The position numbers and the translations under genes are program-made. From positions 385,742-449,741 of the forward strand of contig RHPI01002568.1 of NCBI GenBank assembly GCA_009103225.1: 64,000 nucleotides of DNA. The letters run 5' to 3'. The notes beneath the pieces are model-generated. The model was given only the letters and a program-made list of their open reading frames with translations, was not told where the DNA came from and did no database searches. The stretch's first letter is position 1. The number at the start of each line of letters is the position of its first letter. Of this stretch, positions 38,046 through 51,300 are shown piece after piece. The stretch is from Chlorokybus atmophyticus (lineage: Eukaryota > Plantae > Mesostigma and Chlorokybus algae).

Positions 38046-40100
38046 CTCGTGTTTCCATGTGTCGATTTGTGACACCGCCAGCCACTTGGTGCATAACACT
38101 CTTGCTAGCAGCAGTACTGCCCTCAAGGCTCATGGTTGCACGAGTCGGCTTGTTTAGCCCTTGCATGCCTTGCTGCACTACCAGTTTCGCGCTTGTTGAA
38201 CTCATTGGGAAGTGGCTGGATGTGGTACCCGTTTTGTATATGGCAATCTAACACTTGCTTGTTGATGAGCAGAACACTTTGAACTGTTCCTTGGCGCAGA
38301 TTAATTGGCGCAAACTCAAGTGTACTGCAGCCTTCAGGCTGCAGTACACTTGCTTTGCTGTTGATCTACAAGCCAAGCCTGTTGAACTACGCTACGCTGG
38401 TACTGCATGTATCACGCCAACAGTACAGTCCTTGCAGAGCCAGCCGTAGGGACTAGTACTCCGACTGACATCAGGTTCAGGGGCTTAGATCAGCTGCTGC
38501 GCAAGACAACCACCAGGACTTTGGCCGAGTCTGATTTCATGGAAAGATGATAACACACGCACGCGCACGCGCGCACACTGCTTACTGTACGCTAGCAGTC
38601 TTCCAAGCTTCACTTCCTCGCTTCAACTCACCCTCCCCTTTCGGGTACGCACGCGACACAGACGACCGCCGCCACAAAAGGCGACGTGCATCCGTGCTGA
38701 CGTCATGCATGCATGCTGCGAGGCGTCTAACCCCTGATTGCCCGATCGGCAGCGGCGGCAGGGTGCGGGAGGGCGGGGGAGTCCTGGAGTCTGCTGATGC
38801 TGTCGCTGATGTGGTACAGGCCTGGCCGCTTACCACAGCCGTGGTGCAGGTGAATGCACTCCTGCATGCTGACTGTATGACTAACGGGGTGGGGGCTAAG
38901 TTGTAGTGTAGCGTAGCAAGTAATAGCCCGGTGGTAAACTATATGTGGTTGATATTGCATGTGAGTATGGTGCATGTCACAGTACATGATGCATGCTGGC
39001 ATAATAGCACACCTCTCTTGTACACAAGTATGGAACAGCATCGATTTAAGCTAGTTGTACTGCAGTAACATGTCAACATTACGTTCACTGCAAAGGCAGC
39101 AGTAGGGGACGCCAACTGACGCGAGAACCGACTCCACATCAAGTGCGTTTGTGCATGCGCAGGTGATTTGGAGACAAAGTACACGCCATAGAGTCTGTGA
39201 ATGGCTTCTTTATCCCAGGTTCAATTGCTATGATCATTCCGCTTTATTACCCCTATATCTGTAAGTTAAAGCGTTCATGTGGGATGCAGACCGTAAACTG
39301 CTATGGCAAACACTTAATTCATGGAAGCGAATGCACGTTATGTGTACATCCATATGCTGCTAATATGTTGCAATCCTGAAGGCCCCTGAAGTAAAGGTGT
39401 TGTTAACTTAACACCCTATTAGCAACAAAAGATGCTGCAACACACTTTGTTTATATAATGCGCGCGTGTCATAAACCGCATACATAATTCGATAATGCAT
39501 GCCCAACATGAAACAAGCAACACTACTGTAAGGTACAACGTATAACACTATGTAGTTGCAGCAAAACTACACAACATACATGATGTACCACCAAATGTAA
39601 ATTCAATACTATTACACTTAAATTTGCCTTGCTACTTTACAATCTTCAGCTGTACTCCCGCTCAGCAGGCTCGTTTTAATCATCATTATATTAAGTGGTT
39701 GAATGGCTGCCCCTTTACTACCATTGCTTCCGCACATTCAGCACTACATATGGGCAATTGTATCCCGTATTCTATGTACACATAGCCAATTGAATAATGA
39801 CTCGGGTGTCATCCAAGTTGCTTTGATTGCGATGCCCGCGATGCCCGGTATCAAAAATCAAAGCTCGTATGTAGGCAGAAGTTTGTGTGATGATTTGCAT
39901 TCTTGTGCTGTTCATGTATTGGAAAATTATATGTTCATGTTGTAATGGCTCACCACCACAGCTGCAACTTGCGCAGCCTGGGCCTGCAAGCGTAGTGGAT
40001 GTTACCCACAGCACCTGTCAGCTACGTAACGACGTTAGCAACATTTCCACAACTTTCCCATGCCCAGGCCCCCGGGTTATAGCGATCGTCATCGTCGGCC

Positions 40101-41912
40101 ATGGCGGGTTGGGCGGCGTTGTTGGCGGCGGCGGCGTGCGCCTTCGCGGTGGGGCTCGTGCTGGACACCCCTCTCAGCGCCAAGCATGGCCTGGCGGAGG
40201 AGCTGCGGGACGGGAGGTTTGAGACGGTGGATCTGAGCGTGGCGCTGAGCCCGGATGTCGTCGCCGACCCGCCGCCCACGCAGTACTCCATCGACTACAG
40301 CAAACACACGGACACGGCATGCATGCTGTTGTTGGTCGAAACAAACTTGCTTTATTCTTTCGATATGTGTGTGTGTCTCTCTCTCTCTATTCCGTGACAG
40401 ACAACTATTGACGGTCTTTTCCTGTCTCAGGTGGGTCAGATGGTGACCTTCTTCTCTGGCCTCTCTCAGGTGAGTGTTAACATGCTATGCACAACCATGA
40501 TCACATCACATCACGCATGCATGTAGCAGTGTACTGAATTACCACATTACCAGGATGATCTCCCTGACGGTGAGGCCTGGGCCGTGGAGCGTTTGAACAT
40601 CAGCACGCACTCGGGCACGCACGTGGACGCGCCGTACCACTTCGCCACTACCATGGACAAGGATAAGCGCGCAATCACGGTCGACGAGGTCAGCTACACT
40701 AACACAATACCATTGATTCTGTCATGTTGGCTTAACATTAACATTAACATAAACAACAGCAACTGTTTGTCTTGTGCAGCTTCCCTTGGACTGGTTCCTG
40801 CGCCCCGCAGTCAAGGTACACACGCGCACACACACATGCATACACGCTTGGAACCTACACTCAGCCCACAGATAGAGTGTTGACACCCACAGTATCACAG
40901 CTCTTAAGGTGTTGTGTATATGCATGCATGTGCGTGTCTAAACTGCTTGTGTGTGTGCGTACGTGTCTGTGTGCGCGTCTAAAATGCACATCAGTTGGAC
41001 TTCAGGCACTTGGCGGACGGGCACGTGGTGACGGGTGAGGAGGTGGAGAAGGAGCTAGAGCGGGTGGGTCACGCGCTGCAGCCGTTTGACATTGTTGTCG
41101 TCAACACGCGTGCCGGCCAACGCTACGGCCACAGCGACTACCTACTGGTAAGCGATGTGTATGTATATACACACCATGTGGCTGTGTGGTTGGGTGGTTG
41201 TGTGATTATGTGTGTTTACCTGTCGTTTTGGCTCAGGCGGGTTGCGGGATGGGACGCAACGCCACGTTGTGGTTGTGCGAGCGAGGCGTCAAGGTGTGAA
41301 AGCAGATCGTATTGTTGGGACAATGAAGAGATTGCTCATGTTCATGTTGGGTAGATGTTGGGATGTGGCAGGTGATGGGCACGGACGCGTGGAGTTGGGA
41401 TGCGCCCTTCGCGCACACGGCGAGGCGCTACGCTGAGTCGCGGGATGCGAGCATTATTTGGGAGGGACACAAAGCCGGCCGCGACTGCGGTAAGTAACAC
41501 CAACACAACCGCTGTTGGTGTGTCACAACGGTTGCAAGAGTGGAAGACGTGTGGACGACACAAGCAAGTTCTTTGTTGCGCATTGGCAGGTTATGCGCAG
41601 ATTGAGAAGCTGGCAAACTTGGACAAGATTCCGTCAACGGGTTTCTTTGTTGCCGTAAGTGCGCGTGTGCGCGTCTGTTTGTACATGCGTGCATGCATGC
41701 GACGTGTGGTGCTGTGAGTGTGCTGGATGAGCACAGGTGTGGGTGTGGGCATGCGAGCGTGCGCAGCCTGTCTGTGTGCGTGCATGCGAGTCAGTGTGCA
41801 TGCACTGTGGATGGTTGGTTTGAAATCATCGTTGTCTGGACAGGTGTTTCCCGTCAAGATTGCGGGGGCATCAGCGGGGTGGACACGGGCGGTAGCTCTT
41901 GTACCCAAATAG
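40101..41912 (+). CDS. Cyclase-family (kynurenine formamidase-like) metal-dependent hydrolase, bacterial subtype, 9 exons, hydrophobic N-terminal leader
   Basis: VDLSVAL, DLPDGEAWAVERLNISTHSGTHVDAPYHF (HxGTHxDAP motif), LPLDWFLRPAVK|LDFRHLADGHVVT, GTDAWSWDAPF, IWEGHKAGR, QIEKLANL, FPVKIAGASAGWTRAVAL; stop 41910-41912. Confidence 0.93.
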
Positions 41913-42214
41913 TATTGACAAGCTACGGCCCAACAACAACCGATACACATGCACACTGTGTGCACACGCCTGCTCTGTGTGGATGCATTGCGCGCAAACC
42001 AGCACAAGAACTCACGCATCCTATGTGCAGTATCTTGCCAATACCTGGTCATCAAGGGGTGTGACGCCGTAACCCACATAGAAGCGGGCGCACATTGGCG
42101 ATGGCGTGAGTGTGTGTAACACGCCTGGAAGTTAGGATGGATGGTAGAGCTGTGCATGCGCTGGCGGCGACTGTGTTAAAAGTGCCGAGTGGCGTGGCGG
42201 ATGGTGTGCGAAAT

Positions 42215-42739
42215 GTTGTCATTGTGCCGTGTGATAATGGTGTGGGTCAGTGTGCCGCGTGTGCAACATGTTGTCACGAGTGATGTGGTGCGCGACAAGT
42301 TGGTAGGCAGCGACGAGTGCTGTGCACGAGCCCATAAACGTCTGTATGTATAGTGTTACAGGTGAATGTTCACCCTTGTCAAACAACATGCGTTGCTGTG
42401 CACTTTAGTACAACGTCCACCGGTAGCGTGTACAGCCTGCTTGCATGCTGCCTCTGGTGCTGGCTTCGTGCATGCAACTGTTGTTGCCCCACGCGCTTCG
42501 GCCAGCCTAACAATGGTTGCGTGTCTTGCATTCTTGATCAGACTCTCTTGTATCTTATAGTACCAGTGTCATGATGCTATGCTACCTCAACTGCTGGTAC
42601 ACGCCCTCAGGTTTATTGCATCATCATAGTATGTCACGTACTCATTGTGAGATACTCATATAACATGCATCAGCATGCATAGCCAATTGGATGGCATTCT
42701 ACACATTGTCGTCTCGCATTGTATGTACATGTGCACACA

Positions 42740-42815
<76 letters not shown>

Positions 42816-43808
42816 AGCGGTGGCAAAACCTCTGTGCTGCGCGTGCGTGGGTAGGTGGGTGCTCGCGCATGCGCTATATTGATGTGCGTAGTTTGAAGCT
42901 GCGGTTGTGGCGAATAGAAGGCTAGGCGCGTGTCGTTGTTGTTGCAACTGTTGTGCTTGCAGATGTGTTGTTGTCGGCGCTGAACTGCTGCTGGTGCCGT
43001 TGCGCAGAGGCCAAGCGCGATAGGTGCCCTTACTCCCGCCGCCAGCACAATACGCATGCTTTGCTAACGTGGGCCTAGTGATGCTCAAACCCAACAATGC
43101 CATCTTCCAAGTGAGTGAGGCAACGGCAGATGCACTGGTGCAGCAACACACCGCATGCGCTGCGGACATGCTCTGATGACCCGGTGCCACGGCTCAATGA
43201 AGCTGGCGCGATGATGGCATCACTACTACCAAGTACCCCTAAAAACACCAAACTAATTTCGTAAATGAATGCATGCATGAAGGCGACGTTCTCGAGGAGA
43301 AAGTCCTCACGCGCGCGGGCGGTGGCAGTGTCGGCGGCCATACGGTTGAGTACTAAGTCAGCAAGCTACCTCAGCCGCAGCCGCAGCCGCCTCTGCATCG
43401 AGCCTCTCCCCACGCGGCGGATGGCCCGGTCTTGATCCCCCTTCCCGCCGGGCCCACTCCGCCGCCTGCCTTCTCCTACGAGGAACCAACCGAGCGAAGA
43501 TCAACCATCCGGATGTCTCCCAAACTCATGCTGCTTGTCACCGCCGCCGCCCCGCTGCTGGGCCTCATAAAGACGTTGATGTTCCCGACAGGGCCTGGGC
43601 GTCGTCGGCCATGCTGACCCTGGCTTCCCCGCCGGCGCCCCTTGCCGCCCCTTGCCGCAAACGTGAACAAAATCTGCCACCGTATGTTCGTCTTGTCACG
43701 CCGCCCCCGCCACCGCCATCGCCCCGGCAGTCGACGACAATGACAACGACAACGCCCGCATTCTCCCGCGCCCTTGTTTTTGAATCTGAACGTTCAAAAC
43801 CGGTTCAG
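42215..43808 (-). repeat. Right arm of the diverged inverted duplication (partner 31755-35180); contains a (CA)n(GA)n microsatellite at 42733-42814
   Basis: Continuous ~1.6 kb that is collinear with the left arm in opposite orientation. Confidence 0.85.
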
Positions 43809-43907
43809 TGATCCTGACCGCTCAGTGACCCCTGAACCCCTTTGTGATCTGCGAGCACTTGATGTGGTGTCGGTTCGGGTCTCGAGTGTGCAGTGCAGGA
43901 CAGCGAC

Positions 43908-46900
43908 ATGGGGCCACAGCTGACTGGTGCTCGTACCAGGCCTAGGCGGCGGCGGCAGCGGCAGAAAGTGAGGGGACGGAAGGAAGCAGGACGTCTGACT
44001 GACCCGCGCTGGATGTAGGTACGTACACACAGTCTGCGCGACACGCACTCAAGCACACTGCCCTTCGAGCTTATGTATACTCTACATGTACACACGAGCA
44101 CACCAACTTGCGCACGGACGCATGGGACACACAGCGTACGACAATGCACGCACGCTGCCCACCAGGACACAGCTGAAGTCTTACACTTACTCGTGACAAG
44201 AGCATACGCACACACACATGTATATATATATATATACATATATATGTATATGTATAGCCCATACCGCGAGTAGTAGTCTGAGACAGCCACGCACAAACTC
44301 AGGCACACTCCTCTGGGGTCAGGCACTCTGCACAAGAGGGAGGCGCGGCACGACTAATGACATAGGAACGCTGACTGGACAGGTAAATACACACTGCTCA
44401 CAACAGCGTACACAGCATTTCACATAACCTATGCACACATACATGCGCACGCGCTCACGCGTGCATGCATGACTGACATAACGCTCCATCCACTGGCACG
44501 CACGCATTGTCGCAGAGGGGAATCAGAGGCTGCCCGCACACACAGCACAATCGAATCACACACTTGCGCACGTGCACTCTCTATTGCACGCATACGACTT
44601 CACAGTCGCCGACGACGCTAATGCTAATCCTGGTGCCTAGTTCATCGACAATGCCTGGTATGAGGCAACGTGGGCGGCGTGTTGGGCTTATGGCCCCACC
44701 CGCCTTCGTCAAACGCGGTGACTGATACACACAACATGGGGGGGTCAGAGACTATTGCTACGCCTGCTCATATCTGGTGAGTGAGGCCAGCGTTGCTGTG
44801 CGAGCCTCACTGCTTTCCCCTTTGCCACACACACACTTCACTTTTCCCCAGCCACGTTGGCGGTGAGGTCCTCGACCTGTCCCTCCCCCCCGCCGCGGAA
44901 GGCTTGACGATGGTGGCGTACTTGGCGGGGCATGCCGCGGTACCTGGCGCGGCCTTCGGCTGGAGCAAGCGACCGATGAGGAGACCTTTACTCAGAAGGG
45001 TGGCGCAAGCGGGAGGGGGGGCGTTCAGAGATGTGGCGAAGAAACTGGCGAGACGTGAGTGTGTGTGCTTGTTGGCATGCTGTGAACGTGAAGTAAGATG
45101 CTGTACTCGCAGATGTGACTGCATACATGGGTGATCGGCGTTCCAAGCATGGGTCATTCCAGCTCGTACACAAGGTGGGTTCGCCTGCGCCTTTGGCTGT
45201 TAGTCACAGCTCTCCCCATCGTCATGCATGCTTGTTCTCTCAACCAACTCGGCGTGCGGTTGTGTAAGTATTGATCTGAGATTCACAGCAGTCTGGTCGG
45301 CCCTGTAGGTGCTACGAGTTGGTGTCAGCGTTGTGGAGCTGAGAGATGAGATATTCTGTCAGATCCTTCACCAGCTCGTTGCCAACCCCAAGAGGTAGTA
45401 CCATTGTCGCATGCTGGCTCACATGCCCTTTCTTCAACGTCATACATCTCCCTTGCAGTGATGACGTTGGAGCACTGTCTGAAACTGCATTTTGCTTTTG
45501 TTGAGACATTGTTGTGATATCCAACTTATCAAGGGTAGTGTGGTTCTTTTCACAGTTGCACATTGTACACAGGGTCACATGCCTGACGACCATATTACTT
45601 GGTGTGTGCAGTGAGTCAAGCAAAAGGGGCTGGCAACTGCTTGGTATCTGCGCTGGAGTTTTCCCACCTGGAGCTGCTCTGCAGCCTTTCATGGAGGCTC
45701 ATCTGTGGCGGGAGCTCGTGACTGCTCAACACAACAAGCAGGTTGAACACTTGGTCTCTCAGATGCGTCACAGGTTAAGCGACTTCATCAGAGCAGCAGT
45801 AGTTGAGATGCTCCACACGCACAGACAGGTGATTTGCATCTGGCGGTAGCTTTCTGCATCGCAAGACTGCGGTGCACACTTCAACACGGACCACGCATGT
45901 CCATCCCAGATGCAGCAGAGATCCAATTAGCGGAGGTGAGAGTACATTCCTGACGTGGTGTCTACGAATGTAATGTCTGTGATGCATCATATTGATGTGC
46001 TCGTGTGCTACATGCAGCGCTTTGAGCCTGTCACCTTGCGCATCTACTTGCCATCCGGTGACTACGACGAGTTGCAGCTGGCGCTGTCCGCCACTTGTGA
46101 CACAGCCATCAGGGCAGTTTCCACGCGAAAGGGGCTTACCGGCGGCACGGGATGGGCCCTGCACCTGCAACACAAGAGCTACGGTGAGAGAATTGGAGGG
46201 ATTGATGATACTGCAAAGCCTGGTTTCGATTCCGGTTGTGCACAAATGGTGCTTAGTGATAGCAAGGAGCCGGGTGTCTGTGCTTGTAGCGACTGTTGCA
46301 GCTACTGTATGTAACTGCTGTGTGTAATTTTTGAAGTTCCCCCCATGTGCCTTGTCCACAGGAGAAAGCTTTCTGGCGCCTCAACGATACGTTATGGACG
46401 TGCTGGGGGGCAAGATGCACATGGTGGAATCGGTGGCGACATCTACGGCCCGCTCACGCAAGGACAGGTAACGCGATTGCAAGAATGCCGCGTATGTAGG
46501 TATGCGAATGCGTGCACACAGTCACTTGGACACAAACTTGCATGTGCACAACTGTACAGCAAGAAGCTTGCTTACCTTGGAGTGGGGAGAGGGGAGATCA
46601 AGTTATAGTAGAGATAGAGATAGTGGCATGCTGTTCGTTTCTGCGTGTATGTAGCAAGCTTGTCGTGCAATGTACAGACAGACAACTGAAAGACGGAAGC
46701 CGGACGCAAGCAGTCCAGGTGTTCCTCCTCCTCTACTGTTGAAGCGACTTCAGTACAGTTTTGAGTATCCAATGAATGCCATGGCACCAGATGTTGACTT
46801 TGATTACCTACAGGTACAGAACCTTGTTTGTTGTTTGTTTGTTGCCGTTGTTGTTGTTGTTTTTGACCAAGTGTCTGTATACATGTGTTTTGTTGCAACC

Positions 46901-47955
46901 ATGACTAAGCAATTAAACTCTAAGACGGCATTGTGCTGCAGGCGCGTCATGAGATTGTCGGGGGCATACTGCCATGTCAAGAAGAACTGTGCATACAGCT
47001 AGCAGCTTTGCAGATCAGACCTCAGATGGGAGACTCACCATCGTGGGACCAACTCGAGTACGCTGATTGCGTGCGCGCGCGTGCATGCGTCTGTCTGTGT
47101 GCGCGCGCGAGAGCGTGTGTGATACAAGCAATGTATGTTGTTTTCTGACGGATACATCTGTTGCAGGGCATTGGCAGTGTCTGAGTTCATCCCAGAGCAC
47201 CTTCTTCCACAGCGCTCCACCACAGACTGGCGCAGGGCAGTCTGGTCAGCTCTTATGCAGCCTGTCAGCGAGAAGCAAGCAAGTGGTCACGAAGTCGACC
47301 CTCAACTCCAGTATCTACACTTTCTTGCCTCCAAAAGCGATGCATTCGGTGCCACATGGTTTGCTGTACAGGTGTGTGAGTATTGTGCGTATGAGTACGT
47401 GTCGTATGCTTTACACTTCTTGTTGTTCAACTTTGTTGTGCAGCAATCCACAAGTCCTAAATTCCCTGCGGACGTGTTGTTGGGTCTCGCCAAGATTGCG
47501 GTCTATGTGATGCATCCAGACACCAAGGTGTGTATTCAACGCTTGTATCCTATGGTAATGGCAATGCTGAGCCACACAGGCATGGAGCTTGTACTGAACA
47601 TTATGCTTTGGTTGCCATAGATTGTGCTGGCACGCATGCAGTACACAGAGGTTTGCAGCTGGGGGCACTCTCCCACCTTCTTCTCAATGGTGACCGGGAA
47701 CACGTGAGACATGGCTCTCACACTCTTTCAGAGCATGCATATGCTTGAAGATGGTTACAAGCGAGCCCTATGATGGTTTGCGTCACATGAAGTCTTTCGT
47801 ACTAATCATGATCCAAATGCAGGACATTCAACCAGGAGCTTCGCTTTCATACTTTCCAAGCAGAAGACATTTGCGCCGAGATGGACACCCGTGTTGCGTA
47901 TATCACGGAAGAGTTGGCTCAAGGCAAAAATCCCATGCAGCTGTATTCCTCGTAG
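43908..47955 (+). CDS. MyTH4-FERM domain protein without a motor domain; 5' exons upstream of 44641 are tentative
   Basis: MyTH4: FGWSKRPMRRPLL, TAYMGDR, ELRDEIFCQILHQLVANP, RGWQLLGICAGVFPP, GPRMSIPDAAEI. FERM: LRIYLPSG, YVMDVL, DFDYLQ|ARHEIVGGILPCQEELCIQLAALQI, FGATWFAVQ, KFPADVLLGL, YTEVCSWG, QAEDICAEM. Stop 47953-47955. All junctions from 44641 onward are phase-consistent GT-AG. Confidence 0.85.
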
Positions 47956-48397
47956 TCCTCGTCAATAGTTGATATAATCGTGCTGCTAGCGAGTTCATAG
48001 CCACACTGCCCTTGCTGCTACTATTTGCACTCATTTGTATGGAGCCCCTACCGCTAGCTAGCCCTCTATATGAGTATGTACGTATAGTTTATTGCATGCT
48101 TGCTGCTGGCCTGGTTGCGGATGCGCATGCCATCGCGTGCGCATTCGCATGTTAGTGCATAAGTGGCATAACGTGAAAGACTTAAGCATAATGTATGGTG
48201 TGATGTGCAATGTCAAGGCATGTGCGCATCGCCGTCCGTACTTTTGTACACAATCCACTAAGCTAAGCGTCTGGTTTTCTTTGTGCAATGCAGCAGGCAG
48301 GGTCAAGCAAGGTACTTGCCTCTGCCTGCTCCCCGCCTAGACTCTGATATACCTGAGCAGGCAGAGCTACACATGTTTGTTCTTATGCGCACACCCG

Positions 48398-51300
48398 CTA
48401 CGTCCATCTTGCGTAGATAGACATCACTGCAGCATACAATTGGTGCCATCTGTGATGACAAACGCTGGTCAGCGACAAGCAACAAGTGTCAGGCATAGCC
48501 TTATGCAGCAACACACATGCAGACTTACTGAAGCCCCATGGCGACCACCAGTCGTATGCTAGATGTAGATAGGATTGCCAGCTCCAGTTGCACATGACGG
48601 GCGGATGCACATGGCGCGTATGCTAGAGCTATCAACGCGCATAAAGACATCGACTCCAAAGCTTCTTGGATCATAGTGAAAACGTGCAGCCTCCTTGTCG
48701 CAAAAGGCTGTAGGCAGTGTGAAAGGTTACCACTAGTGTTATCTGAGGATCATCTGGCAGCGAATGCACATGCGAAGCTAAGGGCTACGCCATCGGTTGA
48801 TACGGATAAGTTGTGCAGCGTGCGTTCATGTGTTGATAGACCTAGCTAGTTATCATACCTGCAGAACAAGGGCGACAATGGCATGACCCGTCACCAGCAG
48901 TGTTGCTAACCACATCTGCGTCACACAGCGTAAGTTCGTTCCAACTCTTGCAAGCTCTCACGCTGCATATGCGTATGCAGGCTTGGTTGACTGCTAAACT
49001 CACCGGTACGTCACTGTGGTCCGTCCACCTCAGCCCGAAAAGTAACGAGATCAGGACCTGCACGCACCCAACTTCATTCATTGATACATGCGGTCATTTC
49101 ATTATAAGCCTTCAGTTCACCACATCATGTCCACACTCACCAGATGGAAGTAAGCGTATGGTTCATACACCGCCGCTTTCGCCGATCCTTTCACGTAATG
49201 CGACGCCGGTTCTTCTTCCTCCACACTGTACAGCTGATTATTGACGATACCACTCGTGTTGTGCTCGCGCATCAGCATATAGGCGGGTCCGCGAAGGTGT
49301 TGGAAAAGGTGGCCGTATCTCTGGCAGAAGTCCAGGTTGACCCACACACCAAGCCAGTCGTCACCCATAAGACAAGCTCGCGTGCAAGACTGCCTGCTGG
49401 TCTTGAAGCCATCATCGTTGTTTCCGGTCAAGTGTAGAGATGCAGTATGCACCTGATCACACACAGATATGGCTTGCGTGCATGACTTCATGAGTGCAAG
49501 CAGCACAAACGACAGGTGTGTTGAGTCTCTCCTTTACCATCACTAGGTTTTTTATCACGAAGTATAGGATGTAAGCGCCATAGCATGTAGGGAGCAGGAT
49601 TAACAAGGCTGCCAACGAGCGCAGCCCAGAGCCTGAACCACCTGGAGTCACACATAGTGCATGTATCTGTCAATCAAACGACCTTCGCTCTCAAACACTG
49701 AGACATGACACAGAATACATCTGATGCAACTCACTAGATATGGCAAATGCACTGTGCACCACGACGCCTGGTAAGCAAACTGTGATCCCGAAATGTATCA
49801 CTCGAGGCCATGAGAGAGATGTTAAACGTCCCTTCTTTTCACGTGATCGCAGTGCATATGGTAAGAGTGCCCTTAGTAACAGAATGGAAGTCAATAAGAG
49901 TGCAGCCCAGAACACGGTGCCACCAAAGGAACGCCACCTGCAAGTGTGTCTATGTGTGTTGTACGTGGCTGCTGAACGCAACAAATAAAAGAGCAAAATG
50001 TCATCAACCCACCCTGTTTGGCATGTCAGCGCTGGCATACTCACGTCACTGGAAGCTGCTGGCGTCTGCGGCAACAGGACATGAGAAAGGTTCGCAATCT
50101 AATAGTAAGTCTGCAGGGTTGTCATCAGCATGTGGTGGCACCTGGACTTGCAAGTAGTTATCGTAACTTTGCTTTCCCCACATTGAATCTCCATCATCGG
50201 TGCGATTACAGAGTGGCACTTGCCGCTGCTGAGGTGGTGCCGAGTATTGTACAGATTGAAACCTGCTGCTGCCTGGAAGCTGGAAGAACAGTAGTGACCA
50301 CTGAAACATGCGTACCGCTTCCTTCAAGTCAGGAGTGGTCAATATACCAACCCAGAAGATGAGAGCGAATTTCTGAACGTGGACAACAAACACCTGCATG
50401 GACAGTGTGTCAGTTGTTGCTTCAGAGTGTGCAAGTCATGCACAGGCTTGTGGTCAATGCAAAGAAAAGCTCAAAACCTTCACATCACATCAACATCTTC
50501 ACATCGGCATTTACCGTAAACGTGTGTCCTGGCCTGTCGTTTTGAAGGTACCAACATACAGTGTTCACCACCACCAATAGCGCGATAGTCGCCAAAGTCA
50601 GCCAGTACACAATGCGGATCCACTTGCCCATAAGTGTGGGCAATCTTTCTGCCATGCATGCCATTGTGCATGAGTATGTGTGACAGTTGACAGATGCGTG
50701 CTGACGTGACAGTGTGTATCTGTTGTTATACCTGACGTTGCTGTATATGTCATATCAGCACTTGGGTTGCCTCCAACATCCTTTGCTGCACCAGCTTGCA
50801 GTAAAAGCCGCAGTCGTTGGCCCTCAGTCACAACAACCACAGATACATTGTCCACGATGCGCACGCTGCGTCAGCAACATTGTTAGAAAGTTCTGTCATG
50901 ACAAGAGGCTTGGCTCTAGTGCTGTATGTGACTGATATGCTCTGTCTGTAGGAGCATGCCCGTGCCGTGGCGATCCGATTTCATCCATCACCGACCTACT
51001 TACGTCACAGGGTAAGAAGTGCTGGCAAAGACAGTTGGTGCTGAACTTGCATGCATCGGACTGATGCACAGCCTCATCACCGCCGTGTAACTGTTGCTAC
51101 ATGATATGTATGCATTGATGCCTCACACTCTGAGGTAGGGTTTCAAGGCAACTCACCTGATCAGTTCACCTCCATCAACTTCCACTTTCGTCTCATCAAA
51201 GTTGACAGGCTTGTTGTATTGAAGGAAGAACTGGGTGCCGCACCCGTGCGCGCTGCAGCCGCGGGTGGAAACAGTCACGGTTGGCGGCACAGAGACTGCG

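Noticed and set aside
43908-47955. Calling the MyTH4-FERM gene KCBP/ZWICHEL
   Set aside because: A stop follows the FERM domain; no coiled coil, kinesin motor or calmodulin-binding segment is present.
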